A stretch of DNA of 64,000 nucleotides. Origin: the human T2T-CHM13v2.0 reference genome, Homo sapiens. Under the pieces are notes generated by a model. That model did not search any database and was not told where the DNA came from. It saw nothing but the letters and a program-made list of their open reading frames with translations. The stretch lies in the NCBI RefSeq assembly GCF_009914755.1, contig NC_060933.1. One strand, 5' to 3'. The position numbers and the translations under genes were made by a program. Shown one piece after another: positions 1 through 15,300 of this stretch; position 1 is the stretch's first letter; each line of letters starts with the position of its first letter.

Positions 1-642
1 TTCGATTGCAATCGTGTTGATTCCATTCCATTCCATTCCATTCCATTCCATTCCATTCCATTCCTTTCCATTCCATTACGGATGATTCCATTCCATTGCA
101 TTCCATTCCATTCCATTCCCCTGTACTCGGGTTGATTCCATTCCATTGCATTCCAATCCATGCCCTTCCACTCGTGTTGATTCCATTCTTTCCATTCCAT
201 TCAAGTTGAATCCATTCCATTGCATTCCATTCCATTCGATTCCATTCGATTGCACTCGGGTTGATTCCATTCCATTGCATTCCATTCCATTCCATTCCGT
301 TCCATTCCATTCCATTACATTCGGATTGATTCTATTCAATTCCCTTACACTCCATTACATTCCATTCCATTCGGGTAGTTTCCATTCCATTCCATTCCAT
401 TCCTCTCCATTCCATTGCACTCGGGTTGGTTCCATTCCATTGCATTCCATTCCATTCCATTCAATTCCATTCCTTTCCATTCCATTCCATTACATTCGGA
501 TTGATTCTATTCAACTCCGTTAGTCTCCATTACATTCCATTCCATTCGGGTTGTTCCATTCCATTCCATTCCATTCCACTCCATTCCATTGCACTCGGGT
601 TTATTCCATTCCATTCCATTCCATTCCATTCCATTCCATTCC

Positions 643-657
643 ATTCCGGAAGATTCC
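643..657. promoter_or_regulatory. Perfect three-unit heat shock element (nTTCnnGAAnnTTCn); representative of ~13 left-arm copies
   Basis: aTTCc gGAAg aTTCc matches the canonical HSF1 element of alternating nGAAn units. Other copies start at 1093, 1936, 3438, 3853, 4706, 6148, 7311, 8779, 9632, 18886, 20134 and 23657. The match is seen directly; function is inferred. Confidence 0.65.
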
Positions 658-1303
658 ATTCCATTGCATTCCGTTTCATTCCATTCCCCTGCACTCGCGT
701 TGATTCCATTCCATTCCATTCCATTCCATTCCATTCCATTCCTTTCCGTTCCATTCCATTCCATTCCATTCCAATCCATTCCATTAGGTTCCTTTCCGTT
801 CCATTCCATTCCATTCCATTCTATTCGGGTTAATTCCATTCCATTCCATTCGATTGCAATCGAGTTGATTCCATTCCATTCCATTTCATTCCATTCCATT
901 CCATTCCATTCCATTCCGTTCCATTCCGTTCCATTCCATTCCATTCCATTCCATTCTATTCGGGTTAATTCCATTCCATTCCATTCGATTGCAATCGTGT
1001 TGATTCCATTCCATTCCATTCAATTCTATTACACTCCATTGCAATCGAGTTGAATCCATTGCATTTCATTCCATTCCATTCCATTCCATTCCATTCCGGA
1101 AGATTCCATTCCATTGCATTCCATTCCATTCCATTCCCCTGCACTCGCGTTGATTCCATTCCATTCCATTCTATTCCATTCCATTCCATTCCGTTCCGTT
1201 CCGTTCCGTTCCGTTTCCTTCCATTCCATTCCATTCCATTCCATTCCGTTCCGTTCCATTCCATTCCATTCCATTCTATTCGGGTTAATTCCATTCCATT
1301 CCA

Positions 1304-4300
1304 TTCGATTGCAATCGTGTTGATTCCATTCCATTCCATTCCATTCCATTCCATTCCATTCCTTTCCATTCCATTACGGATGATTCCATTCCATTGCATT
1401 CCATTCCATTCCATTCCCCTGTACTCGGGTTGATTCCATTCCATTGCATTCCAATCCATGCCCTTCCACTCGTGTTGATTCCATTCTTTCCATTCCATTC
1501 AAGTTGAATCCATTCCATTGCATTCCATTCCATTCGATTCCATTCGATTGCACTCGGGTTGATTCCATTCCATTGCATTCCATTCCATTCCATTCCGTTC
1601 CATTCCATTCCATTACATTCGGATTGATTCTATTCAATTCCCTTACACTCCATTACATTCCATTCCATTCGGGTAGTTTCCATTCCATTCCATTCCATTC
1701 CTCTCCATTCCATTGCACTCGGGTTGATTCCATTCCATTGCATTCCATTCCATTCCATTCAATTCCATTCCTTTCCATTCCATTCCATTACATTCGGATT
1801 GATTCTATTCAACTCCCTTAGTCTCCATTACATTCCATTCCATTCGGGTTGTTCCATTCCATTCCATTCCATTCCACTCCATTCCATTGCACTCGGGTTT
1901 ATTCCATTCCATTCCATTCCATTCCATTCCATTCCATTCCGGAAGATTCCATTCCATTGCATTCCGTTCCATTCCATTCCCCTGCACTCGCGTTGATTCC
2001 ATTCCATTCCATTCCATTCCATTCCATTCCATTCCTTTCCGTTCCATTCCATTCCATTCCATTCCAATCCATTCCATTACGTTCCTTTCCGTTCCATTCC
2101 ATTCCATTCCATTCTATTCGGGTTAATTCCATTCCATTCCATTCGATTGCAATCGAATTGATTCCATTCCATTCCATTCCATTCCATTCCATTCCATTCC
2201 TTTCCATTCCATTACGGATGATTCCATTCCATTGCATTCCATTCCATTCCATTCCCCTGTACTCGGGTTGATTCCATTCCATTCCATTCCAATCCATGCC
2301 ATTCCACTCGTGTTGATTCCATTCTTTCACTTCCATTCAAGTTGAATCCATTCCATTGCATTCCATTCCATTCCATTCCCCTGCAGTCGGGTTGATTCCA
2401 TTCCATTCCATTCCATTCCATTCCGTTCCGTTCCATTCCATTCCATTCCTTTCTATTCGGGTTAATTCCATTCCATTCCATTCCATTCCATTCCGTTCCG
2501 TTCCATTCCATTCCATTCCTTTCTATTCGGGTTAATTCCATTCCATTCCATTCCATTCCATTCCATTCCATTCCATTCCATTCCAATCAAGTTGATTCCT
2601 TTCCATTCCATTCCATTCCATTCCATTCCATTCCATTCCACTCCATTCCAGTCCTTTCCATTCCATTCCACTCGGGTTGATTCCAATGTATTCCTTTCCA
2701 TTCCATTCCATTCCATTGCAATCGAGTTGATTCCATTGCTTTGCATTCCATTCCATTCCATTCCATTCCGGATGATTCCATTCCATTGCATTCCATTCCA
2801 TTCCATTCCCCTGCACTCGGGTTGATTCCATTCCATTCCACTCCATTCCGTTCCATTCCATTCCATTCCATTGTATTCGGGTTAATTCCATTCCATTCCA
2901 TTCCATTCCATTCCATTCCATTACAATGAGTTGATTCCATTCCATTCCATTCCATTCCAGTCCTTTCCATTCCATTCCACTCGGGTTGATTCCATTCTAT
3001 TAGTTTCCATTCCATTCCATTCCCTTCCATTCCACTCTGGTTGATTCCATTCCTTTCCATTCCACTCGAATACATTCCCTCCTATTCCGTACGGAACGAT
3101 TCCATTCCATTCCATTCCATTACATTCCATTCCATTCCATTTCGTTCCATTCCATTCTATTCCGTATCATTCCATTCCATTCCTTTGCATTCCATTCCAT
3201 TCCATTCCATTCCATTCCGTTGCATTCCATTCCATTACATTCGGATTGATTCTATTCAACTCCCTTACTCTCCATTACATTCCATTCCATTCGGGTTGTT
3301 CCATTCCATTCCATTCCATTCCATTCCGTTCCATTCCGTTCCATTCCATTCCATTCCATTCTATTCCATTCCATTGCAATCGAGTTGAATCCATTGCATT
3401 TCATTCCATTCCATTCCATTCCATTCCATTCCATTCCATTCCGGAAGATTCCATTCCATTGCGTTCCATTCCATTCCATTCCCCTGCACACGCGTTGATT
3501 CCATTCCATTCCATTCCATTCCATTACGTTCCGTTCCATTCCATTCCATTCCATTCCATTCCATTCCATTCCGTTCCGTTCCATTCCATTCCATTCCATT
3601 CTATTCGGGTTAATTCCATTCCATTCCATTCGATTGCAATCGAGTTGATTCCATTCCATTCCATTCCATTCCATTCCGTTCCATTCCGTTCCATTCCATT
3701 CCATTCCATTCCATTCTATTCGGGTTAATTCCATTCCATTCCATTCGATTGCAATCGTGTTGATTCCATTCCATTCCATTCAATTCTATTACACTCCATT
3801 GCAATCGAGTTGAATCCATTGCATTTCATTCCATTCCATTCCATTCCATTCCATTCCGGAAGATTCCATTCCATTGCATTCCATTCCATTCCATTCCCCT
3901 GCACTCGCGTTGATTCCATTCCATTCCATTCTATTCCATTCCATTCCATTCCGTTCCGTTCCGTTCCGTTCCGTTTCCTTCCATTCCATTCCATTCCATT
4001 CCATTCCGTTCCGTTCCATTCCATTCCATTCCATTCTATTCGGGTTAATTCCATTCCATTCCATTCGATTGCAATCGTGTTGATTCCATTCCATTCCATT
4101 CCATTCCATTCCATTCCATTCCATTCCTTTCCATTCCATTACGGATGATTCCATTCCATTGCATTCCATTCCATTCCATTCCCCTGTACTCGGGTTGATT
4201 CCATTCCATTGCATTCCAATCCATGCCCTTCCACTCGTGTTGATTCCATTCTTTCCATTCCATTCAAGTTGAATCCATTCCATTGCATTCCATTCCATTC

Positions 4301-6370
4301 GATTCCATTCGATTGCACTCGGGTTGATTCCATTCCATTGCATTCCATTCCATTCCATTCCGTTCCATTCCATTCCATTACATTCGGATTGATTCTATTC
4401 AATTCCCTTACACTCCATTACATTCCATTCCATTCGGGTAGTTTCCATTCCATTCCATTCCATTCCTCTCCATTCCATTGCACTCGGGTTGATTCCATTC
4501 CATTGCATTCCATTCCATTCCATTCAATTCCATTCCTTTCCATTCCATTCCATTACATTCGGATTGATTCTATTCAACTCCCTTAGTCTCCATTACATTC
4601 CATTCCATTCGGGTTGTTCCATTCCATTCCATTCCATTCCACTCCATTCCATTGCACTCGGGTTTATTCCATTCCATTCCATTCCATTCCATTCCATTCC
4701 ATTCCATTCCGGAAGATTCCATTCCATTGCATTCCGTTCCATTCCATTCCCCTGCACTCGCGTTGATTCCATTCCATTCCATTCCATTCCATTCCATTCC
4801 ATTCCATTCCATTCCTTTCCGTTCCATTCCATTCCATTCCATTCCAATCCATTCCATTACGTTCCTTTCCGTTCCATTCCATTCCATTCCATTCTATTCG
4901 GGTTAATTCCATTCCATTCCATTCGATTGCAATCGAGTTGATTCCATTCCATTCCATTCCATTCCATTCCATTCCATTCCTTTCCATTCCATTACGGATG
5001 ATTCCTTTCCATTGCATTCCATTCCATTCCATTCCCCTGTACTCGGGTTGATTCCATTCCATTCCATTCCAATCCATGCCATTCCACTCGTGTTGATTCC
5101 ATTCTTTCACTTCCATTCAAGTTGAATCCATTCCATTGCATTCCATTCCATTCCATTCCCCTGCAGTCGGGTTGATTCCATTCCATTCCATTCCATTCCA
5201 TTCCGTTCCGTTCCATTCCATTCCATTCCTTTCTATTCGGGTTAATTCCATTCCATTCCATTCCATTCCATTCCATTCCATTCCATTCCATTCCAATCAA
5301 GTTGATTCCTTTCCATTCCATTCCATTCCATTCCATTCCATTCCACTCCATTCCAGTCCTTTCCATTCCATTCCACTCGGGTTGATTCCAATGTATTCCT
5401 TTCCATTCCATTCCATTCCATTGCAATCGAGTTGATTCCATTGCTTTGCATTCCATTCCATTCCATTCCATTCCGGATGATTCCATTCCATTGCATTCCA
5501 TTCCATTCCATTCCCCTGCACTCGGGTTGATTCCATTCCATTCCACTCCATTCCGTTCCATTCCATTCCATTCCATTGTATTCGGGTTAATTCCATTCCA
5601 TTCCATTCCATTCCATTCCATTCCATTACAATGAGTTGATTCCATTCCATTCCATTCCATTCCAGTCCTTTCCATTCCATTCCACTCGGGTTGATTCCAT
5701 TCTATTAGTTTCCATTCCATTCCATTCCCTTCCATTCCACTCTGGTTGATTCCATTCCTTTCCATTCCACTCGAATACATTCCCTCCTATTCCGTACGGA
5801 ACGATTCCATTCCATTCCATTCCATTCCATTCCATTCCATTCCATTTCGTTCCATTCCATTCTATTCCGTATCATTCCATTCCATTCCTTTGCATTCCAT
5901 TCCATTCCATTCCATTCCATTCCGTTGCATTCCATTCCATTACATTCGGATTGATTCTATTCAACTCCCTTACTCTCCATTACATTCCATTCCATTCGGG
6001 TTGTTCCATTCCATTCCATTCCATTCCATTCCGTTCCATTCCGTTCCATTCCATTCCATTCCATTCTATTCCATTCCATTGCAATCGAGTTGAATCCATT
6101 GCATTTCATTCCATTCCATTCCATTCCATTCCATTCCATTCCATTCCATTCCGGAAGATTCCATTCCATTGCATTCCATTCCATTCCATTCCCCTGCACA
6201 CGCGTTGATTCCATTCCATTCCATTCCATTCCATTACGTTCCGTTCCATTCCATTCCATTCCATTCCATTCCATTCCATTCCGTTCCGTTCCATTCCATT
6301 CCATTCCATTCTATTCGGGTTAATTCCATTCCATTCCATTCGATTGCAATCGAGTTGATTCCATTCCATT
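1304..6370 (-). repeat. Tandem duplication of a ~2.76 kb unit (copies ~1304-4063 and ~4064-6370, the second incomplete), preceded by an internally deleted copy at 1-1303
   Basis: Private variants recur at 2705-2780 bp offsets: CAATTCTATTACACTCC (1021/3781), TTTCACTTCC (~2325/~5105), CCGTACGGAACG (~3087/~5792), CCTGCACACGCG (~3483/~6193). Identical 87-aa ORFs start at 76, 1374 and 4139. Confidence 0.85.
2141..2158. repeat. 18-bp perfect palindrome ATTCGATTGCAATCGAAT (extended copy of the recurrent 14-bp palindrome TCGATTGCAATCGA)
   Basis: The sequence equals its own reverse complement. The 14-bp core recurs in a standard module on both arms. Confidence 0.9.
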
Positions 6371-9300
6371 CCATTCCATTCCATTCCATTCCATTCCATT
6401 CCATTCCTTTCCATTCCATTACGGATGATTCCATTCCATTGCATTCCATTCCATTCCATTCCCCTGTACTCGGGTTGATTCCATTCCATTCCATTCCAAT
6501 CCATGCCATTCCACTCGTGTTGATTCCATTCTTTCCATTCCATTCAAGTTGAATCCATTCCATTGCATTCCATTCAATTCGATTCCATTCGATTGCACGC
6601 GGGTTGATTCCATTCCATTGCATTCCATTCCATTCCATTCCATTCCATTCCATTCCATTCCATTCCGTTCCATTCCATTCCATTACATTCGGATTGATTC
6701 TATTCAATTCCTTTACACTCCATTACATTCCATTCCATTCGGGTAGTTTCCATTCCATTCCATTCCATTCCTCTCCATTCCATTGCACTCGGGTTGATTC
6801 CATTCCATTGCATTCCATTCCGTTCCATTCCATTCCATTACATTCGGATTGATTCTATTCAACTCCCTTACTCTCCATTACATTCCATTCCATTCGGGTT
6901 GTTCCATTCCATTCCATTCCATTCCACTCCATTCCATTGCACTCGGGTTGATTCCATTCCATTCCCTTCCATTCCATTCCATTCCATTCCGGATGATTCC
7001 ATTCCATTGCATTCCGTTCCATTACATTCCCCTGCACTCGCGTTGATTCCATTCCATTCCATTCCATTCCATTCCATTCAATTCCATTCCATTACAATTC
7101 GTTCCATTCCATTCTATTCCGTACCATTCCATTCCATTCCATACCATTCCATTCCATTCCATTCCATTCCATTCCGTTCCATTGCGTTCCATTCCATTCC
7201 ATTCCATTCCATTCGTGTTAATTCCATTCCATTCCATTCCATTCCATTCTATTCCATTCCATTGCAATCGAGTTGAATCCATTGCATTTCATTCCATTCC
7301 ATTCCATTCCATTCCGGAAGATTCCATTCCATTGCATTCCATTCCATTCCATTCCCCTGCACTCGGGTTGATTCCATTCCATTCCACTCCATTCCGTTCC
7401 ATTCCATTCCATTCCATTGTATTCGGGTTAATTCCATTCCATTCCATTCCATTCCATTCCATTCCATTACAATCGACTTGATTCCATTCCATTCCATTCC
7501 ATTCCAGTCTTTCCATTCCATTCCTCTCGGGTTGATTCCATTCTATTAGTTTCCATTCCATTCCATTCCCTTCCATTCCACTCTGGTTGATTCCATTCCT
7601 TTCCATTCCACTCGAATACATTCCCTCCTTTTCCACTCGGAACGATTCCATTCCATTCCATTCCATTCCATTCCATTCCATTCCATTCCATTCCATTTCG
7701 TTCCATTCCATTCTATTCCGTATCATTCCATTCCATTCCATTCCATTCCATTCCATTCCATTCCATTCCATTCCATTGTACTCGGGTTGATTCCATTCCA
7801 TTGCATTGCATTCCATTCCATTCCATTCCATTCCGTTGCATTCCATTCCATTACATTCGGATTGATTCTATTCAACTCCCTTACTCTCCATTCCATTCCA
7901 TTCCATTCGGGTTGTTCCATTCCATTCCATTCCATTCCACTCCATTCCATTGCACTCGGGTTGATTCCATTCCATTCAATTCCACTCCGTTCCATTCCAT
8001 TCCATTACATTCGGATTGATTCTATTCAATTCCCTTACACTCCATTATATTCCATTCCATTCGGGTTGATTGCATTCCATTCCATTCCATTCCATTCCAT
8101 TCCATTCCATTACAATCGAGTTGATTCCATTCCATTCCATTCCATTCCAGTCCTTTCCATTCCATTCCACTCTGGTTGATTCCATTCCTTTCCATTCCAC
8201 TCGAATACATTCCCTCCTATTCCACTCGGAACGATTCCATTCCATTCCATTCCATTCCATTCCATTCCATTCCATTCCACTCGTGTTGATTCCATTCCTT
8301 TCCATTCCATTCGGTTTGAAGGCATTCCATTCCATTCCATTCCATTCCATTCCATTCCATTCCATTCCATTCCATTCCATTCCATTCAATTGTACTCGGG
8401 TTTATTCCATTCCATTCCATTCCATTCCATTCCATTCCATTCCATTCCATTCCGGATGATTCCATTCCATTGCATTCTGTTCCATTACATTCCCCTGCAC
8501 TCACGTTGATTCCATTCCATTCCATTCCATTCCATTCAATTCCATTCCATTACAATTCGTTCCATTCCATTCTATTCCGTACCATTCCATTCCATTCCAT
8601 ACCATTCCATTCCATTCCATTCCATTCCATTCCATTCCGTTCCATTCCGTTCCATTCCATTCCATTCCATTCTATTCGGGTTAATTCCATTCCATTCCAT
8701 TCCATTCCATTCCATTCTATTCCATTCCATTGCAATCGAGTTGAATCCATTGCATTTCATTCCATTCCATTCCATTCCATTCCGGAAGATTCCATTCCAT
8801 TGCATTCCATTCCATTCCATTCCCCTGCACTCGCGTTGATTCCATTCTATTCCATTCCATTCCATTCCATTCCATTCCATTCCATTCCATTCCATTCCAT
8901 TCTATTCCGTTCCGTTCCTTTCCGTTCCGTTCCATTCCATTCCATTCCATTCTATTCGGGTTAATTCCATTCCATTCCATTCGACTGCAATCGTGTTGAT
9001 TCCATTCCATTCCATTCCATTCTATTCCATTCCATTCCATTCCATTCCTTTCCATTCCATTACGGATGATTCCATTCCATTGCATTCCATTCCATTCCAT
9101 TCCCCTGTACTCGGGTTGATTCCATTCCATTCCATTCCAATCCATGCCCTTCCACTCGTGTTGATTCCATTCTTTCCATTCCATTCAAGTTGAATCCATT
9201 CCATTGCATTCCATTCCATTCGATTCCATTCGATTGCACTCGGGTTGATTCCATTCCATTGCATTCCATTCCATTCCATTCCATTCCATTCCATTCCGTT

Positions 9301-12300
9301 CCATTCCATTCCATTACATTCGGATTGATTCTATTCAATTCCCTTACACTCCATTACATTCCATTCCATTCGGGTAGTTTCCATTGCATTCCATTCCATT
9401 CCTCTCCATTCCATTGCACTCGGGTTGATTCCATTCCATTGCATTCCATTCAATTCCATTCCGTTCCATTCCATTCCATTACATTCGGATTGATTCTATT
9501 CAACTCCCTTAGTCTCCATTACATTCCATTCCATTCGGGTTGTTCCATTCCATTCCATTCTATTCCACTCCATTCCATTGCACTCGGGTTTATTCCTTTC
9601 CATTCCATTCCATTCCATTCCATTCCATTCCATTCCGGAAGATTCCATTCCATTGCATTCCATTCCATTCCATTCCCCTGCACTCGCGTTGATTCCATTC
9701 CATTCCATTCCATTCCATTCCATTCCATTCCTCTCCGTTCCATTCCATTCCATTCCATTCCATTCCATTCCATTCCATTCCGTTCCGTTCCGTTCCGTTC
9801 CATTCCATTCCATTCCATTCTATTCGGGTTAATTCCATTCCATTCCATTCGATTGCAATCGAGTTGCTTCCATTCCATTCCATTCCATTCCATTCCATTC
9901 CATTCCTTTCCATTCCATTACGGATGATTCCATTCCATTCCATTCCATTCCATTCCATTCCCCTGCAGTCGGGTTGTTTTCATTCCATTCCATTCCATTC
10001 CATTCCATTCCGTTCCGTTCCATTCCATTCCATTCCATTGTATTCGGGTTCATTCCATTCCATTCCATTCCATTCCATTCCATTCCATTCCAATCGAGTT
10101 GATTGCGTTCCATTCCATTCCATTCCATTCCACTCCATTGCAGTCCTTTCCATTCAATTCCACTCGGGTTGATTCCAATGTATTCCTTTCCTTTCCATTC
10201 CATTCCATTGCAATCGAGTTGATTCCATTGCTTACCATTCCATTCCATTCCATTCCATTCCGGATGATTCCATTCCATTGCATTCCATTCCATTCCATTC
10301 CCCTGCACTCGGGTTGATTCCATTCCATTCCACTCCATTCCGTTCGATTCCATTGCATTGCATTGTATTCGGGTTAATTCCATTCCATTCCATTCCATTC
10401 CATTACAATCGAGTTGATTCCATTCCATTCCATTCCATTCCAGTCCTTTCCATTCCATTCCTCTCGTGTTGATTCCATTCTATTAGTTTCCATTCCATTC
10501 CATTCCCTTCCATTCCACTCTGGTTGATTCCATTCCTTTCCATTCCACTCGAATACATTCCCTCCTATTCCACTCGGAACGATTCCATTCCATTCCATTC
10601 CATTCCATTCCATTCCATTCCATTCCATTCCATTCCATTCCATTTCGTTCCATTCCATTCTATTCCGTATCATTCCATTCCATTCCATTCCATTCCATTC
10701 CATTCCATTCCATACGGGTTGTTCCATTCCATTCCATTCCATTCCACTCCATTCCATTGCACTCCGGTTGAATCCATTCCATTCCATTCCAATCCATTCC
10801 ATTCCGGATGATTCCATTCCATTGCATTCCGTTCCATTACATTTCCCTGCACTCGCATTGATTCCATTCCATTCCATTCCATTCCATTCAATTCCATTCC
10901 ATTACAATTCGTTCCATTCCATTCTATTCCGTACCATTCCATTCCATTCCATACCATTCCATTCAATTCCATTCCGTTCCATTCCATTCCATTCCGTTCC
11001 ATTCCTTTCCATTCCATTCTATTCGAATTAATTCCATTCCATTCCATTCCATTCCATTCTATTCCATTCCATTGCAATAGAGTTGAATCCATTGCATTCC
11101 ATTCCATTCCATTCCATTCCATTTCCTTCCATTCCATTTCGTTCGGCTCCATTCCATTCCATTCCTTTCTACTCGGGTTAATTCCATTCCATTCCATTCC
11201 ATTCCATTCCGTTCCGTTCCAATCCATTCCATTCCATTCCGGATGATTCCATTCCATTGCATTCCGTTCCATTACATTCCCCTGCACTCGGGTTGATTCC
11301 ATTCCATTCCATTCCATTCCATTCCATTCCATTCCATTCCATTCCCTTCCATTCGATTCCATTCCATTCCAATTCTTTCCATTCCATTCTATTCCGTACC
11401 ATGGCATTCCATTCCATACAATTCCATTCCATTCCATTCCACTTCGTTCCGTTCCGTTCCATTCCGTTCCGTTCCATTCCATTCCATTCCATTCTATTTG
11501 GGTTAATTCCATTCCATTCCATTCGATTGCAATCGAGTTGATTCCATTCCATTCCATTCCATTCCATTCCATTCCATTCCATTCCTTTCCATTCCATTAC
11601 GGATGATTCCATTCCATTGCATTCCATTCCATTCCATTCCCCTGTACTCGGGTTGATTCCATTCCATTCCATTCCAATCCATGCCATTCCACTCGTGTTG
11701 ATTCCATTCTTTCCATTCCATTCAAGTTGAATCCATTCCATTGCCTTCCATTCCATTCCATTCCCCTGCAGTCGGGTTGATTCCATTCCATTCCATTCCA
11801 TTCCATGCCATTCCATTCCATTCCATTCCGTTCCGTTCCATTCCATTCCATTCCATTCTATTCGGGTTAATTCCATTCCAATCCATTCCATTCCATTCCA
11901 ATCGAGTTGATTCCATTCCATTCCATTCCATTCCACTCCATTCCTGTCCTTTCCATTCCATTCCACTCAGGTTGATTCCAATGTATTCCTTTCCATTCCA
12001 TTCCATTCCATTGCAATCGAGTTGATTCCATTGCTTTGCATTCCATTCCATTCCGGATGATTCCATTCCATTCCATTCCATTCCATTCCATTCTCCTGCA
12101 CTCGGGTTGATTCCATTCCATTCCACTCCATTCCGTTCCATTCCATTACATTCCATTGTATTCGGGTTAATTCCATTCCATTCCATTCCATTCCATTCCA
12201 TTCCATTACAATCGAGTTGATTCCATTCCATTCCATTCCATTCCAGTCCTTTCCATTCCATTCCACTCGGGTAGATTCCATTCTATTAGTTTCCATTTCA

Positions 12301-15300
12301 TTCCATTCCCTTCCATTCCACTCTGGTTGATTCCATTCCTTTCCATTCCACTCGAATACATTCCCTCATATTCCACTCGGAACGATTCCATTCCATTCCA
12401 TTCCATTCCATTCCTTTCCATTCCATTCGGTTTCAAGCCATTCCATTCCATTCAATTCCACTCCATTCCATTCCATTCCATTCCATTCCATTCCATTCCA
12501 TTGTACTCGGGTTGATTCCATTCCATTGCATTCCATCCCATTCCATTCAATTCCATTCCGTTCCATTACATTCGGATTGATTCTATTCAACTCCCTTACT
12601 CTCCATTCCATTCCATTCCATTCCGGTTGTTCCATTCCATTCCATTCCATTCAACTCCGTTCCATTGAACTCGGGTTGATTCGATTCCATTCCATTCCAT
12701 TCCATTCCTTTCCGGATGATTACATTCCATTGCATTCCGTTCCATTACATTCCCCTGCACTCGCGTTGATTTCATTCCATTCCATTCCATTCCATACCAT
12801 TCCATTCCATTCCATTCCATTCCATTCCGTTCCGTTCCATTCCGTTCCATTCCATTCCATTCTATTCGGGTTAATTCCATTCCATTCCTTTCCATTCCAT
12901 TCTATTCCATTCCATTGCACTCGGGTTGATTCCATTCCATTCCATTCCATTCCATTCCTTTCCATTCCATTCCATTCCCCTGCACTCGCGTTGATTCCAT
13001 TCCATTTCATTCCATTCCATTCCATTCCATTCCATTCTTTTCCGTTCCATTCCATTCCATTCCATTCCATTCCGTTCCGTTCCTTTCCATTCCATTCCAT
13101 TCTATTCGGGTTAATTCCATTCCATTCCATTCGATTGCAATCGAGTTGATTCCATTCCATTCCATTCCATTCCATTCCATTCCATTCCTTTCCATTCCAT
13201 TACGGATGATTCCATTCCATTGCATTCCATTCCATTCCATTCCCCTGTACTCGGGTTGATTCCATTCCATTCCATTCCAATCCATGCCATTCCACTCGTG
13301 TTGATCCCATTCTTTCCATTCCATTCAGGTTGAATCCATTCCATTGCATTCCATTCCATTCGATTCCATTCGATTGCACTCGGGTTGATTCCATTCCATT
13401 GCATTCCATTCCATTCCGTTCCATTCCATTTCATTACATTCAGATTGATTCTATTCAATTCCCTTACACTCCATTATATTCCAATCCATTCTGGTTGTTT
13501 CCATTCCATTCCATTCCATTTCACTCCATTCCATTGCACTCGGGTTAATTCCATTGCATTCCATTCCATTCCATTCCATTACGGATGATTCCATTCCATT
13601 GCATACCATTCCATTCTATTCCCCTGCACTCAGGTTGATTCCATTCCATTCCATTACATTACATTCCGTTCCATTCCATTCCATTCCATTCGGATTGATT
13701 CTATTCAATTCCCTTACACTCCATTACATTCAATTCCATTCGGGTAGTTTCCATTCCTTTCCATTCCATTTCTCTGTATTCCATTGTACTCGGGTTGATT
13801 CCATTCCATTCCATTCCATTCCATTCCATTCCATTCCATTCCATTCCATTGTACTCGGGTTGATTCCATTCCATTGCATTCCATTACATTCCATTCCATT
13901 CCATTCCGTTGCATTCCATTCCATTCCATTCGGATTGATTCTATTCAACTCCCTTACTCTCTATTACATTCCATTCCATTCGGGTTGTTCCATTCCATTC
14001 CATTCCATTCCACTCCATTCCATTGCACTCGGGTTGATTCCATTCCATTCCATACCATTCCATTCCATTCCGGATGATTCCATTCCATTGCATTCCGTTC
14101 CATTACATTCCCCTGTACTCGGTTTGTTTCCATTCCATTCCATTCCATTCCATTCCATTCCTTTCCATTCCATTACGGATGATTCCATTCCATTGCATTA
14201 CATTCCATTCCATTCCCCTGTACTCGGGTTGATTCCATTCCATTCCATTCCATTCCATTCTATTCCATTCCATTCCATTCCATTCCGAAAGATTCCATTC
14301 CATTGCATTCCATTCCATTCCATTCCCCTGCACTCGCGTTGATTCCATTCCATTCCATTCCATTCCATTCCGTTTCGTTCCGTTCCGTTCCATTCCATTC
14401 CATTCCATTCCATTCCATTCCGTTCCGTTCCATTCCATTCCATTCCATTCCATTCTATTCGGGTTAATTCCATTCCATTCCATTCGATTGCAATCGAGTT
14501 GATTTCATTCCATTTCATTCCATTCCATGCCATTCCATTCCATTCCATTCCATTCCATTCCTTTCCATTACATTACAGATGATTCCATTCCATTTCATTC
14601 CATTCCATTCCATTCCCCTGTACTCGGGTTGATTCCATTCCATTCCATTCCAATCCATGCCATTCGACTCGTGTTGATTCCATTCTTTCCATTCCATTGA
14701 AGATGAATCCATTCCATTGCATTCCATTCCATTCGATTCCATTCGATTGCACTCGTGTTGATTCCATGGCATTGCATTCCATTCCATTCCATTCCATTCC
14801 TTTCCATTCCATTCCATTCCATTCGGATTCATTCTATTCAATTCCCTTACACTCCATTACATTACATTCCAATCGGGTAGTTTCCATTCCATTCCATTCC
14901 ATTCCTCTCCATTCCATGGCACTCGGGTTGATTCCATTCCATTCGATTCCATTCCATTCCATTCCATTCCATTCCATTCTGATGATTCCATTCCATAGAA
15001 TTCCATTCCATTCCATTCCCCTGCACTTGGGTTGATTCCATTCCATTCCATTCCATTCCTTTCTGTTCCATTCCATTCCATTCCATTCCATTCCATTCTA
15101 TTCGTGTTATTTCCATTCCATTCTATTCCATTGCATTCCATTGAAATCGAGTTGATTCCATACCATCCCATTCCATTCCATTCCATTCCATTCCAATCCG
15201 GATGATTCCATTCCATTGCATTCCATTCCATTCCATTCCCCTGCACTCGGATTGATTCCATTCCATTCCATTCCATTACTTTCCGTTCCATTCCGTTCCA

